From contig CABUIO010000009.1 in the NCBI GenBank assembly GCA_902491625.1, forward strand, positions 1,412 through 65,411: a DNA stretch of 64,000 nt. The letters run 5' to 3'. A program made the position numbers and the translations under genes. The notes beneath the pieces were generated by a model that had not been told where the DNA came from, searched no databases, and saw nothing but the letters and a program-made list of their open reading frames with translations. This DNA comes from an uncultured Porphyromonadaceae bacterium. GTDB lineage: Bacteria; Bacteroidota; Bacteroidia; Bacteroidales; Muribaculaceae. The first letter of the stretch is position 1, and every line of letters begins with the position of its first letter. Below, one piece after another: positions 49,423 through 59,691 of this stretch.

Positions 49423-50460
49423 ATGAACAAACTACCGACCGATATATCCATCATCACCACATACCGCTGCCCCATGCGCTGCAAGATGTGCAACATCTGG
49501 CAGAACCCGACAGACATCAAAGAGGAGATCAAGGCAGCCGATCTGGAGATGCTTCCTTCGTTTAAATTCGTCAACATCACCGGCGGAGAGCCTTTCGTTC
49601 GCGAAGACCTCGGCGAGATTGTGGAAGTCATGTTCCGCAAGTCGCCGCGCATCGTCATCTCGACCTCCGGCTGGTATGACGACCGCGTCATAGACCTCGC
49701 CCGCCGCTTCCCCAACATCGGCATCCGCATCAGCATCGAGGGAATGCAGACCACCAACGACGCGCTGCGCGGCCGCGAAGGCGGATTTGAGAAAGGTGTG
49801 CGCACGCTGCGCCGCCTCAAGGAGATGGGTGTCAAGGATATAGGGTTCGGCATCACGGTCAGCAACCACAACTCAGCCGACATGCTCAACCTCTACGAGC
49901 TGTCGAAGGAACTCGACATGGAGTTCGCGACCGCCGCGTTCCACAACTCCTTCTATTTCCACAAATACGACAACGTCATCACCAACAAGCACGAGGTGAC
50001 CGACAATTTCCGCCGTCTCATGGAGCTTCAGATGAAGGAACACCATCCCAAATCGTGGTTCCGCGCCTACTTCAATATGGGACTCATCAACTACGTCAAC
50101 GGCGGACGCCGACTGCTCCCCTGCGAGGCCGGGACGGTCAACTTCTTCGTGGATCCCTGGGGCGAGGTCTATCCCTGCAACGGCATGGAGGAGTCGAAAT
50201 GGAAACTCAGCATGGGCAACATCCGCTCCGGCATGAGTTTCGAGGAGATCTGGAACAGTCCGCAGGCCGACGAGGTGCGCCGCCACGTGCGCTCATGCCC
50301 CAAGAACTGCTGGATGGTCGGCACCGCCTCCCCCGTGATGAAAAAATACATAAGCCGCCCGGCAAGCTGGGTGATCGCCAACAAGATGCGCTCTCTGCTC
50401 GGACGTCCGCTGAAACTTCTTCCGCAGGTTGAGACACAAATCAAGCTAAACAGCAGATAA
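49423..50460 (+). CDS. Radical SAM protein with SPASM/twitch domain
   Basis: RCPMRCKMC, ITGGEPF, CEAG...VYPCN and C-terminal CPKNC. Confidence 0.88.
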   Translation: MNKLPTDISIITTYRCPMRCKMCNIWQNPTDIKEEIKAADLEMLPSFKFVNITGGEPFVREDLGEIVEVMFRKSPRIVISTSGWYDDRVIDLARRFPNIGIRISIEGMQTTNDALRGREGGFEKGVRTLRRLKEMGVKDIGFGITVSNHNSADMLNLYELSKELDMEFATAAFHNSFYFHKYDNVITNKHEVTDNFRRLMELQMKEHHPKSWFRAYFNMGLINYVNGGRRLLPCEAGTVNFFVDPWGEVYPCNGMEESKWKLSMGNIRSGMSFEEIWNSPQADEVRRHVRSCPKNCWMVGTASPVMKKYISRPASWVIANKMRSLLGRPLKLLPQVETQIKLNSR

Positions 50461-51566
50461 TGAAGATCGTCGTCACAGGCACACGCGGCATTCCCGACAT
50501 CCAGGGAGGAGTCGAGACCCACTGCGAGGAACTATTTCCGCGCATAGCCGCACTGGGTCATGACGTCACCGTGATCCGACGTTCCTGCTACGTCACCCCC
50601 GACAACCACCGCCGCGATTTTCGCGGAGTCAGACTGCTCGACATCTTCGCACCACGCCTCAAGAGCATCGAGGCGATAGTCCATACTTTCCTCGCCGTTG
50701 TCAAGGCGCGCACACTCAATCCCGACATACTCCACATCCACGCCATCGGGCCGTCTCTGATGGTGCCGTTCGCACGTCTGTTAGGGATGAAAGTAGTGAT
50801 GACGCACCACGGGTTCGACTTCAACAGAGGCAAATGGGGACGCCTCGCAAAGACCATGCTGCGCACCGGAGAACGCTGGGGTGTGAAACGCTCATCTGCC
50901 GTGATTGTCATCTCGCAGGAGATCGCCACACGCGCCGCCGAAGTCTACGGACGCCGCGACACCGCGCTCATTTACAACGGCGTGACACCTCCGCCCGCCA
51001 CCACAGCCACCGACTACATCGAAAGTCTCGGCCTCGCTCCTCAACGCTACGTCGTTGCCGTCGGACGCTTCGTGCCGGAGAAATGCTTCGACATGCTCAT
51101 AGAGGCCTTCGACCGCTCCGGACTCGCCACAGAAGGCTATAAACTTGCCATCGCGGGCGACGCCGACCATCCCGACGCCTTTTCGCAGGACCTCAAGCAA
51201 CTTGCCGCAGCGCACTCCGACAAAGTGGTGCTCACAGGCTTCATCCGTGGAGAGAAACTCAACCAGTTGCTCACCAATGCCGCCCTTTTTTGCCTCCCCT
51301 CCACCCACGAGGGACTTCCCATTTCACTCCTTGAGGCCATGAGCCATTGCCTCGACGTGCTCGTGAGCGACATACCGGCAAATCTGATAGCCGAGATCGA
51401 CCACAAGGGCGACACCTTTCCCTGCGGCGACAGAGAAGCCCTCGCCAAAGCGCTGCGCCGCAAACTCTCCGGCAAGACACCTCAGCGCCGCGACTACGAC
51501 CTCAGCGCATACAATTGGGACCACATCGCCCAGCTCACCCTTCAGGTCTACTCCTCGCTCCTCTGA
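50460..51566 (+). CDS. Glycosyltransferase family 4
   Basis: GTRGIP..GGVE, VGRFVPEK and HEGLPISLLEAMS motifs. Confidence 0.9.
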   Translation: MKIVVTGTRGIPDIQGGVETHCEELFPRIAALGHDVTVIRRSCYVTPDNHRRDFRGVRLLDIFAPRLKSIEAIVHTFLAVVKARTLNPDILHIHAIGPSLMVPFARLLGMKVVMTHHGFDFNRGKWGRLAKTMLRTGERWGVKRSSAVIVISQEIATRAAEVYGRRDTALIYNGVTPPPATTATDYIESLGLAPQRYVVAVGRFVPEKCFDMLIEAFDRSGLATEGYKLAIAGDADHPDAFSQDLKQLAAAHSDKVVLTGFIRGEKLNQLLTNAALFCLPSTHEGLPISLLEAMSHCLDVLVSDIPANLIAEIDHKGDTFPCGDREALAKALRRKLSGKTPQRRDYDLSAYNWDHIAQLTLQVYSSLL

Positions 51567-51740
51567 ATCCACCACACATAACTCTTATTGGAATACATCC
51601 ATGACGATATCCCGGGCGTTGGGGAAGATTGATTTGCGGCTATTGGAAATAATCGTTAAATTTGCGACTTAATAGCGACTTATTGGAGCCGAAGGCTGTC
51701 CGTTCGGCGGACGGCGAGGCTAATTCGTAACAAGCCGATT

Positions 51741-52670
51741 ATGCAGGATATTATAGAGCGCATAGACCGCGATCTGCTGAAAGCCGAACTCACCGAGGAG
51801 CGGCGTCTGCGCCATACTAATAAAGGAGATAACGACATATATGTGGTCGATGCGGCGTCGTGTCCCAACACGATGCGCGAGATCGGGCGCCTCCGCGAGA
51901 TCGCGTTCCGCGATGCCGGAGGAGGCACCGGCAAGGACTGCGACATTGATTTCTACGACACGATGGAGCCGCCGTGCCGCCAGCTTCTTGTCTGGGATCC
52001 GCAGCACGAGGAAATCATCGGAGGCTACCGCTTCATCATGGGCAGCGACATACGCCTTGACGAGAGGCAGTGTCCGCGCATCGCGACCTCGCACATGTTC
52101 CGGTTCTCGCAGAAGTTCATAGACGATTATCTGCCTCAGACCATGGAGCTTGGCCGCTCGTTCGTAGCGCTTGGCTATCAGTCGAGCAAGGCCGGAACAA
52201 AGGCTCTCTATGCACTCGACAACCTTTGGGACGGACTCGGCGCCCTCACGGTGATAAATCCGGAGATCAAATATCTATTCGGCAAGGTGACGATGTATCC
52301 GGGCTACAGCCGCGAGTGTCGCGACATGCTTCTCTATTTCCTCCACAAGCATTTTCCTGACCATGACAATCTTGTGAGTCCATACGAGCCTCTGCAGCGC
52401 ACCACGCCGGAGGAGGAGCTGCGGGAGATCTTCAGCAGTGACGATTTCCACGAAGACTACAAGATTCTCCACCATCAGATACGCAGCCACGGCTGCAACA
52501 TTCCCCCTCTTGTCAACGCCTATATGTCGCTGTCGCCGACGATGAAGATGTTCGGCACGGCGATCAACGACGAATTCGGCGATGTCGAGGAGAGCGGCAT
52601 CATGATCACGCTCTCCGAGATCTTCGAAGACAAGAAGAGCCGCCATATCGGCACGTACAACGGCAAGTGA
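51741..52670 (+). CDS. GNAT N-acyltransferase (GlsB/OlsB-like amino-lipid synthase; often annotated hemolysin)
   Basis: EIGRLREIAFR..GGGTG, IIGGYR, ELGRSFV, NLWDGLG and IPPLVNAY motifs. Confidence 0.8.
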   Translation: MQDIIERIDRDLLKAELTEERRLRHTNKGDNDIYVVDAASCPNTMREIGRLREIAFRDAGGGTGKDCDIDFYDTMEPPCRQLLVWDPQHEEIIGGYRFIMGSDIRLDERQCPRIATSHMFRFSQKFIDDYLPQTMELGRSFVALGYQSSKAGTKALYALDNLWDGLGALTVINPEIKYLFGKVTMYPGYSRECRDMLLYFLHKHFPDHDNLVSPYEPLQRTTPEEELREIFSSDDFHEDYKILHHQIRSHGCNIPPLVNAYMSLSPTMKMFGTAINDEFGDVEESGIMITLSEIFEDKKSRHIGTYNGK

Positions 52671-52742
52671 CAGCAAAATGCGCAACGGACTGACAAACAT
52701 TACCTTCCCGGACATTGTTATAACTGCCGTAAACTATAGACA

Positions 52743-54410
52743 TTGAATGTCATGACTTCTCTACTGAAATCCTCTCTTCCAATCCTCGCTCTCTCGCTGT
52801 TCACGACGTCCGCACTTGCCGGTGCGTCGCAGGGAGAACAGGCGAAAGACTCAGTGGAACAGTCTCTCGAAGTGCTTGCGCTTGCGCGGGAGATGGCTTC
52901 CGATTCGCTTTGCATCGACTGTTCGGTGCAGATGCCCTGGAGCAACGAGTCGCGGCCTTTCGCCGTCTACGGCGCGGCAGCTCGCGTCAACCTCTCGACC
53001 TCGGGGAATTTCGCACCTTATTATGTGGTGTCCAACCGCTACGGAATCACCACTCAGGCCGACGGAGTGCAGGCGCGTGCCTTCATCTACCGTCCGCTGT
53101 ATACCGAGACACGCTTCAGCTACGGCTTCGGCGCCGATGTGATCGGAGGATGGACGAAGGGTACCGACTACGCACGCTACACCACAGGCGAGGGCTGGGG
53201 CTACCGCAATCTGCATCAGCCGGCATTCTGGATTCAGGATCTTTACGGCGAGGTGAAATACCGCGGCGTGTTCCTCACCGCAGGACTCAAGGAGAACAAC
53301 CGCGGCATCTTCGACAACGACCTCAACTCGGGCGACATCGTGATGAGCAACAATGCGCGTCCGGTGCCTCAGATCCGCGTGGGCTTCATCGACTTCCAGA
53401 ACATTCCGCTCACGCAGGGATGGGTGCAGATCCAGGGCGAGGTCGCCTATGGGAAGTTTCTTGACAGCGACTGGCTGCGCGACCACTACAACCGGTACAA
53501 TTCCTTCATCACCACAGGCAGCTACATGCAGTATTCGCGCCTTTATCTGCGCTCCAACCCCGACAAGCCTTTCTCTGTCACTGTCGGAATGCAGCATGCC
53601 ACTCAGTTCGGCGGCAAATGGGAGATCCGGGAAAAGGGGGAGCTTGTAGCCACCCACGATGACAAGCTGAAATTCAAGGACTGGTTCAACGCCTTCCTGC
53701 CGTGGAAAGGGAGCAGCAAGGACGGCTATTATTCAGGCAACCATTTAGGTTCCTGGGACGTCAAGGCGCGCTACAGATTTCACGACGGATCGGAGCTGAC
53801 GGCCTACGCGCAGCTGCCCTGGGAGGACGGCTCCGGCATCGGCAAGCTCAACGGATTCGACGGTGTCTGGGGACTGCACTACCGTCTGCCGCAATACACT
53901 CAGTGGCTACGCAACGTCGTGGCCGAATACATCGACTTCACCAACCAGAGCGGCCCGATGCACTGGGCTCCCGGCGACTTCCCCGGTACGGAGATTCCCG
54001 GCGAGGCCACCGGTGCGGACGACTACTACAACAACTACATGTACAACGGCTGGGCCAACTACGGCATGGCCATGGGCTCACCTTTCATCAAGTCGCCGAT
54101 CTACAACACTGACGGCTACATGCGCTTCACCGACAACCGCGTGCGCGGATTCCACATCGGAGCCGACGGCGCCGTCAACGCCAATCTCGACTGGCGCGTG
54201 CTCTTGAGCTACCGAACTTCGTGGGGCACGCCGTTCGTGCCCCGGCTCGATAAGCTCCACGACACCTCGATGCTCGCGGAGTGTCGCTGGCGTCTGCCCC
54301 GCAATCCGCATTTCTCCATCCTCGGAGCACTCGCCTTCGACGCCGGCAAGCTCTACGGCAACAATTTCGGCGGCTACGTCACACTGCGCTATATCGGCCT
54401 GATTTTATAA
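52743..54410 (+). CDS. Capsule assembly Wzi family outer-membrane protein
   Basis: MSNNARPVPQIR, GNHLGSWD, DDYYNN and GSPF motifs; start may be ATG 52752. Confidence 0.75.
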   Translation: MNVMTSLLKSSLPILALSLFTTSALAGASQGEQAKDSVEQSLEVLALAREMASDSLCIDCSVQMPWSNESRPFAVYGAAARVNLSTSGNFAPYYVVSNRYGITTQADGVQARAFIYRPLYTETRFSYGFGADVIGGWTKGTDYARYTTGEGWGYRNLHQPAFWIQDLYGEVKYRGVFLTAGLKENNRGIFDNDLNSGDIVMSNNARPVPQIRVGFIDFQNIPLTQGWVQIQGEVAYGKFLDSDWLRDHYNRYNSFITTGSYMQYSRLYLRSNPDKPFSVTVGMQHATQFGGKWEIREKGELVATHDDKLKFKDWFNAFLPWKGSSKDGYYSGNHLGSWDVKARYRFHDGSELTAYAQLPWEDGSGIGKLNGFDGVWGLHYRLPQYTQWLRNVVAEYIDFTNQSGPMHWAPGDFPGTEIPGEATGADDYYNNYMYNGWANYGMAMGSPFIKSPIYNTDGYMRFTDNRVRGFHIGADGAVNANLDWRVLLSYRTSWGTPFVPRLDKLHDTSMLAECRWRLPRNPHFSILGALAFDAGKLYGNNFGGYVTLRYIGLIL

Positions 54411-54414
54411 AGCT

Positions 54415-54870
54415 ATGAAACGTATTACAAAAGCTCTCACCATCTTTGCGGCACTGACGGCGATCGTCTGTCTCAGCGCGTGCACCCGCAACAACGGCAA
54501 CATAGGCAAACAGTTCGGCCAGTGGAAAGTAACGCACATTACCGTCGACGGCCAAACCGACGCAAACTATCACGGCAACATGTTCTGGTCGTTCCAGAAT
54601 TCGACCGTAGAGATGAAATACGTGGAGGACAACCACGAAACCCGGAACACTTTCGGCAACTACCGCATAGACGACAACACTCTGTTTATCACATTCCCTG
54701 ACGCCTCGCGTCCCCCTCTGCCGGGACTCGGACTGAAGGCCGAGGGAGAGAATGCCATCCAGATCGTGCGCCTCACCGGCAGCGAGATGACCCTCGCCTA
54801 CGACACGTCGCCCGGCGACCCCGACAACGGCACCGCCGCGACTGTAATCCTGCAGCTGAGGAAATGGTAG
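54415..54870 (+). CDS. Lipocalin-like domain lipoprotein
   Basis: Lipobox LSAC, NNGNIG..FGQWK and C-terminal LRKW. Confidence 0.7.
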   Translation: MKRITKALTIFAALTAIVCLSACTRNNGNIGKQFGQWKVTHITVDGQTDANYHGNMFWSFQNSTVEMKYVEDNHETRNTFGNYRIDDNTLFITFPDASRPPLPGLGLKAEGENAIQIVRLTGSEMTLAYDTSPGDPDNGTAATVILQLRKW

Positions 54871-54894
54871 TCCACGCGTTCAAAATATAAAGGA

Positions 54895-55872
54895 ATGAAG
54901 AATGTACTTGTCACCGGAGCCGACGGCTTCATAGGCTCCCACCTCACCGAGCTACTGCTCCGCGAAGGATACAACGTCAGAGCACTCAGCCAATACAACA
55001 GCTTCAATTACTGGGGCTGGCTGGAGGATGTCAGCCACACTAATCTGGAAATCGTGACCGGCGACGTGCGCGACCCGGACTTCTGCCGCCACATCTGCAA
55101 GGGTGTGGACACGGCGTTCCATCTCGCCGCGCTGATAGCGATCCCCTACTCCTACGTAGCGCCGGACTCCTACGTCGACACCAACATAAAAGGCACACTG
55201 AACATGTGTCAGGCCGCACGCGACGAGGGTCTTGAGCGCCTGCTCGTCACCTCGACTTCCGAAGTTTACGGCACCGCGAAATATGTTCCCATCGACGAAA
55301 AGCATCCGCGCCAGCCTCAGTCGCCATATTCCGCCACTAAGATCGGCGCTGACGCAATCGCGATGAGTTTCCACAACGCGTTCTCGCTGCCGGTCAGCAT
55401 CGTGCGCCCCTTCAACACCTACGGTCCGCGCCAGTCCGCACGCGCCATCATCCCGACGATCATCACCCAGATCGCTTCGGGCGCACGTGAGATCAAGGTC
55501 GGCGACCTCACCCCGACACGCGACTTCAACTATGTCGAGGACACCGCCCGCGGCTTCCTTGCCATAGCGCGATCAGAGGACACTGTAGGCCGCGAAGTCA
55601 ACATAGCCACAGCCACAGAGGTGAGCATGCAACAGACCCTCGACACCATCGCCCGCATCATGGGTGCCGATGTGACGTGGCAGCGCGATCCCGAGCGCTG
55701 CCGTCCTGCCAAGAGCGAGGTGTTCCGCCTCTGCGGCGACAACACACTCATAAAGACGCTCACGCCGTGGCGTCCGCAGGTCAGTCTTGAGGAAGGTCTG
55801 CGCCGCACCGTGGAATGGTTCTCCAACCCCGAAAATCTAAGTAAATACAAAGCCAATATATACAACCGATGA
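54895..55872 (+). CDS. NAD-dependent 4,6-dehydratase (LegB-like)
   Basis: GADGFIG, LAALIAIPYSY, TSTSEVYG, YSATK and RPFNTYGPRQS motifs. Confidence 0.85.
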   Translation: MKNVLVTGADGFIGSHLTELLLREGYNVRALSQYNSFNYWGWLEDVSHTNLEIVTGDVRDPDFCRHICKGVDTAFHLAALIAIPYSYVAPDSYVDTNIKGTLNMCQAARDEGLERLLVTSTSEVYGTAKYVPIDEKHPRQPQSPYSATKIGADAIAMSFHNAFSLPVSIVRPFNTYGPRQSARAIIPTIITQIASGAREIKVGDLTPTRDFNYVEDTARGFLAIARSEDTVGREVNIATATEVSMQQTLDTIARIMGADVTWQRDPERCRPAKSEVFRLCGDNTLIKTLTPWRPQVSLEEGLRRTVEWFSNPENLSKYKANIYNR

Positions 55873-56837
55873 AAGACAAGATTACCGTGCTTATGCTTGG
55901 CGGCGCACGCCGTGTGTCGATGGCCGAACAGCTCCGCGAGAGCGGGCGCCGGGCAGGACTTGACATCGAGATCATAAGTTATGAGCTTCTGAGCCAGGTG
56001 CCTATCGCCACAGTCGCAAAAGTTTTGGTCGGCCTCAAATGGTCCGATCCGGCAGTAGTGGACGACATTGTGGCGCTCGCCCGCGATAATTCGGTCAACA
56101 TCATCCTTCCGTTTGTCGACGGCGCAATCGAGATAGCCGCACGCTGCCGCGAAGCTCTGCCGGATGTATTCATTCCGGTAAGCGATCCGGAAGTATCGGC
56201 CAACATGTTCGACAAGGTACTGGCCGCCAAGGCCTTCCGCGAGGCCGAGCTTCCGATTCCGCAGACCTACAACGTCGTGACCGCGCAGCTTCCCGCCATC
56301 GCCAAACCGCGCCGCGGATCCGCTTCGAGAGGCATCAAGGTGTTCTACAACATGGACGATCTGATGCACCTCGACAATATCGGTGACTATATCCTGCAGG
56401 AGTACATCGAAAACCGCGAGGAATACACCGTCGACTGCTACGTCAGTGCCAAAGGTGAGATTCTCTGTACCGTGCCACGACGACGTATCGAGGTGATGGG
56501 CGGCGAGGTCACACGCACGTGCACCTGCCGCCTCGAAGTACTCATGCGGGCGAGCCGCGACGTCATCAAGGCCTTCAATCTGCGCGGCCCCGTGACAGTG
56601 CAGTTCCTTCACGACCTCGATTCCGACCGTTTCCTGCTGATGGAGGTCAATCCGCGTCTGGGAGGCGGCGTAATCTGCTCGATCTGCGCCGGAGCGCCTA
56701 TCACGGACTACATCATCGCCGAAGCACTCGGACGCGACCTGAAGCCCTGCGACGACTGGAAAGACAACACGCTGATGGCACGCTACTGGAACGAAGTGAT
56801 CTTCCCGGACGGCAAAAACATCTCGACCGATGACTGA
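55869..56837 (+). CDS. ATP-grasp domain protein
   Basis: DK, AKPRRGSASRG, LQEYI, EYTVD and EVNPRLGGG motifs. Confidence 0.8.
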   Translation: MKDKITVLMLGGARRVSMAEQLRESGRRAGLDIEIISYELLSQVPIATVAKVLVGLKWSDPAVVDDIVALARDNSVNIILPFVDGAIEIAARCREALPDVFIPVSDPEVSANMFDKVLAAKAFREAELPIPQTYNVVTAQLPAIAKPRRGSASRGIKVFYNMDDLMHLDNIGDYILQEYIENREEYTVDCYVSAKGEILCTVPRRRIEVMGGEVTRTCTCRLEVLMRASRDVIKAFNLRGPVTVQFLHDLDSDRFLLMEVNPRLGGGVICSICAGAPITDYIIAEALGRDLKPCDDWKDNTLMARYWNEVIFPDGKNISTDD

Positions 56838-57864
56838 CCGCCATACAATCATAATAGCCGAGGCCGGAGTCAACCACAACGGCTCCCTTGACCGCGCACG
56901 CGAGATGGTGCGCGTTGCCAAGGCGGCGGGTGTGGACTACGTGAAATTCCAGACCGCCGTACCCGAGAAAGTCATCAGCTCCATCGCTCCCAAGGCCGAA
57001 TATCAAAAGGAGACCGACGGCGAAGGACGCAGCCAGCTCGACATGTGCCGCGCCATCCATCTGCCTCTCTCCGACTATGCCGGTCTGCGCCTCCTATGCG
57101 AGGAGGAGGGCGTGGGCTTCATGAGCACACCCTTCGACCTCGAATCGCTCGATCTGCTCGGCACGATGAATCCCGACTACATGAAGGTGCCTTCGGGTGA
57201 AATCACCAATCTGCCGTATCTCAGAGGTGTGGCGGCACTTGGCATTCCGGTCATAATCTCCACCGGCATGGCCACGATTCCCGAAATCGTCGACGCCGTG
57301 GAGATCCTCACAGGGGACAGCGAACGCTATCCCTCCTCCTCGCGCCTGACCCGCGACGACATCATCGTGCTGCACTGCAATACCGAATACCCCACGCCTA
57401 TGGCCGACGTCAACCTTCGCGCTATGGAGGAGATCCGCAAAGCGACAGGATGCCGCGTGGGCTACAGCGACCACACTCAGGGCATAGAGGTGCCGATTGC
57501 CGCCGTGGCTCTCGGAGCGTCGGTCATCGAGAAACATTTTACTCTCGACCGCAACCTCCCGGGTCCGGATCACAAGGCTTCGCTCGAACCCGACGAATTA
57601 GCCCTGATGGTCAAGTCGATACGCAATGTTGAGCAAGCCCTTGGCTCGCCACACAAGCGCGTCACTGAAAGCGAGCGCAAGAACATGGTCGTGGCGCGGA
57701 AAAGTATCGTCGCAGCACGCGACATCAAGGCCGGAGAGATTTTTACCGCCGACAACATCACCGTGAAACGTCCCGGCAACGGCATCTCTCCGATGCGCTG
57801 GAATGAAGTGATCGGACAGCGTGCCTCGCGCGACTTCCCTTACGACGCCCTTATTGAGCTATGA
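56830..57864 (+). CDS. neuB: Nonulosonic acid synthase (NeuB/LegI family)
   Basis: IAEAGVNHNG, STPFD, STGM, GYSDHT, EKHFTLD and C-terminal SAF domain. Confidence 0.92.
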   Translation: MTDRHTIIIAEAGVNHNGSLDRAREMVRVAKAAGVDYVKFQTAVPEKVISSIAPKAEYQKETDGEGRSQLDMCRAIHLPLSDYAGLRLLCEEEGVGFMSTPFDLESLDLLGTMNPDYMKVPSGEITNLPYLRGVAALGIPVIISTGMATIPEIVDAVEILTGDSERYPSSSRLTRDDIIVLHCNTEYPTPMADVNLRAMEEIRKATGCRVGYSDHTQGIEVPIAAVALGASVIEKHFTLDRNLPGPDHKASLEPDELALMVKSIRNVEQALGSPHKRVTESERKNMVVARKSIVAARDIKAGEIFTADNITVKRPGNGISPMRWNEVIGQRASRDFPYDALIEL

Positions 57865-59003
57865 CACCGCTGCATCTCGCCGTCATCACCACCACCCGCG
57901 CCGACTGGGGACTCCTCTCGCCGATCGCGCGGGAACTCTCCCGCCGAGGGGTAAAAATCTCGGTGATCGCGGCCAACATGCACTTCATAAAGGATTTAGG
58001 CGACACATATCGCGAAATAGAGGCCGACGGTTTCGCCATCGCATGGCGGATCAATCCGGCATCATCAGCGGCTCTCACTGCCGCCGCGACACTCGCAGGA
58101 ACGGCCGAGGCAATCGAATCACTTCGTCCCGACGGAGCCATTATCTTAGGCGACCGCTACGAAGCCCTCGCCGCAGCACAAGGCTGTGTACTAAGCCGTT
58201 GTCCAATTGTGCACATAGCCGGAGGCGCCATTTCGGAAGGCGCGTTCGACGATTCTTTCCGCCACGCCATCACGAAACTCTCGCACCTCCACCTCGTAGA
58301 GACCGAGGAATACCGCCGCCGTGTCATCCAGCTCGGCGAGGAGCCACAGCACGTGGTCACGACCGGCGCCATCGGACTCCACAACATACTCTCCACGCCC
58401 CCCCTTTCACTCGCGGAACTGGAGGCCTCGCTCAGCTTCCAACTTGGCGACAACTGTCTGTTAGTCACCATGCATCCGGCCACACTCTCACCTCTTCCGC
58501 CTGAACGTCAGCTAAAAGCGCTCCTCGACGCCCTCGACAGCGACGCCGCGGACTGCAACCTCATCATCACTTATCCCAACAACGACAGCGACCCCGAGCC
58601 GCTGATCGCCATGATCAAAGAGTTCGCCGCGGGGCAGCCGCAACGCGTCCTCGCCATCCCCTCTCTTGGTATGCGCCGCTACGTCAGCGCGTTGCGCCTC
58701 GTGAAAGCCGTCGTCGGCAACTCCTCCAGCGGCATAGTGGAGGCACCCTCTGCAGGCATCCCGACACTCGACATCGGAATCCGTCAGAAAGGACGCACCG
58801 CCGCACCATCGGTGGTGCATGTCGGCGACTCCTCCCGCGACATCGCCAAAGGGCTGCGCCGCGTCCTCTCCCCCGAGATGAGAAAATTGGCCGCCAAGAG
58901 GGAGAATCCATACTACCGTCCGGACACACTTAGCGTCATCTGCGACACCATCGAGGCGTTTCCGTTCCGTGTGGCCGCAGCCAAACATTTCCACGACCTA
59001 TGA
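57861..59003 (+). CDS. neuC: Hydrolysing NDP-HexNAc 2-epimerase (NeuC/LegG family)
   Basis: TRADWG, LGDRYE, RHAITKLSH, GNSSSG and GIRQKGR motifs. Confidence 0.9.
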   Translation: MTPLHLAVITTTRADWGLLSPIARELSRRGVKISVIAANMHFIKDLGDTYREIEADGFAIAWRINPASSAALTAAATLAGTAEAIESLRPDGAIILGDRYEALAAAQGCVLSRCPIVHIAGGAISEGAFDDSFRHAITKLSHLHLVETEEYRRRVIQLGEEPQHVVTTGAIGLHNILSTPPLSLAELEASLSFQLGDNCLLVTMHPATLSPLPPERQLKALLDALDSDAADCNLIITYPNNDSDPEPLIAMIKEFAAGQPQRVLAIPSLGMRRYVSALRLVKAVVGNSSSGIVEAPSAGIPTLDIGIRQKGRTAAPSVVHVGDSSRDIAKGLRRVLSPEMRKLAAKRENPYYRPDTLSVICDTIEAFPFRVAAAKHFHDL

Positions 59004-59686
59004 GCAAGATCCTATACTTCATACCCGCTCGCGGCGGCAGCAAAGGGATTCCCGGCAAGAACATCAAGCCTTTCGCCGGCAAACCGCTGATTTGCCATTC
59101 GATAGACCAGGCGCGCGCTTTCGCCGCCGACGCCGACATCTGCCTCTCCACCGATTCCCCGGAGATCGCAGCCGTCGCTGAAAACTACGGCCTTGCAGTG
59201 CCCTTCCTGCGGCCGGCAGCGCTCGCCACCGACAGTGCCACGACGCAGGACGCCATCATCCACGCCCTCGACTTCTATCGCGACCGAGGCATCGACTATG
59301 ACACGGTCGTGCTACTCCAGCCGACATCGCCGCTCCGCACCGTGGAGCAGATCGCCGGTGCAATGGAACTTTACCGCGACGGCATCGACATGGTCGTGAG
59401 CGTGCGAGAGGCCGCCACTAATCCCTACTACAACGCCTTCGAGACCGACAGCGAGGGCTACCTCCACATCAGCAAGGGGAACGGCCTGTACACCCGGCGT
59501 CAGGACGCCCCGAAAGTGTGGGAATACAACGGCGCAATCTACGTCATCAGTTCCGCTTCGCTGCGCCGGATGCCGATGGGTCGATTCCCCCGCAGGGTCA
59601 TGCTCCCGATGCCAGCGGAATCTTCCGTCGACCTCGACACCCCACTCGACTGGCTCACCGCAGAATCAATCCTCAAAAAATCATAA
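59000..59686 (+). CDS. neuA: Acylneuraminate cytidylyltransferase (NeuA/LegF family)
   Basis: IPARGGSKGIPGKN, STD, LQPTSPLR, RRQD and NGAIY motifs. Confidence 0.92.
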   Translation: MSKILYFIPARGGSKGIPGKNIKPFAGKPLICHSIDQARAFAADADICLSTDSPEIAAVAENYGLAVPFLRPAALATDSATTQDAIIHALDFYRDRGIDYDTVVLLQPTSPLRTVEQIAGAMELYRDGIDMVVSVREAATNPYYNAFETDSEGYLHISKGNGLYTRRQDAPKVWEYNGAIYVISSASLRRMPMGRFPRRVMLPMPAESSVDLDTPLDWLTAESILKKS

Positions 59687-59691
59687 CTGTA

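Noticed and set aside
51741..52670. Hemolysin / virulence factor call
   Set aside because: The motifs fit a GNAT amino-lipid N-acyltransferase; the hemolysin label for this family is a legacy annotation.
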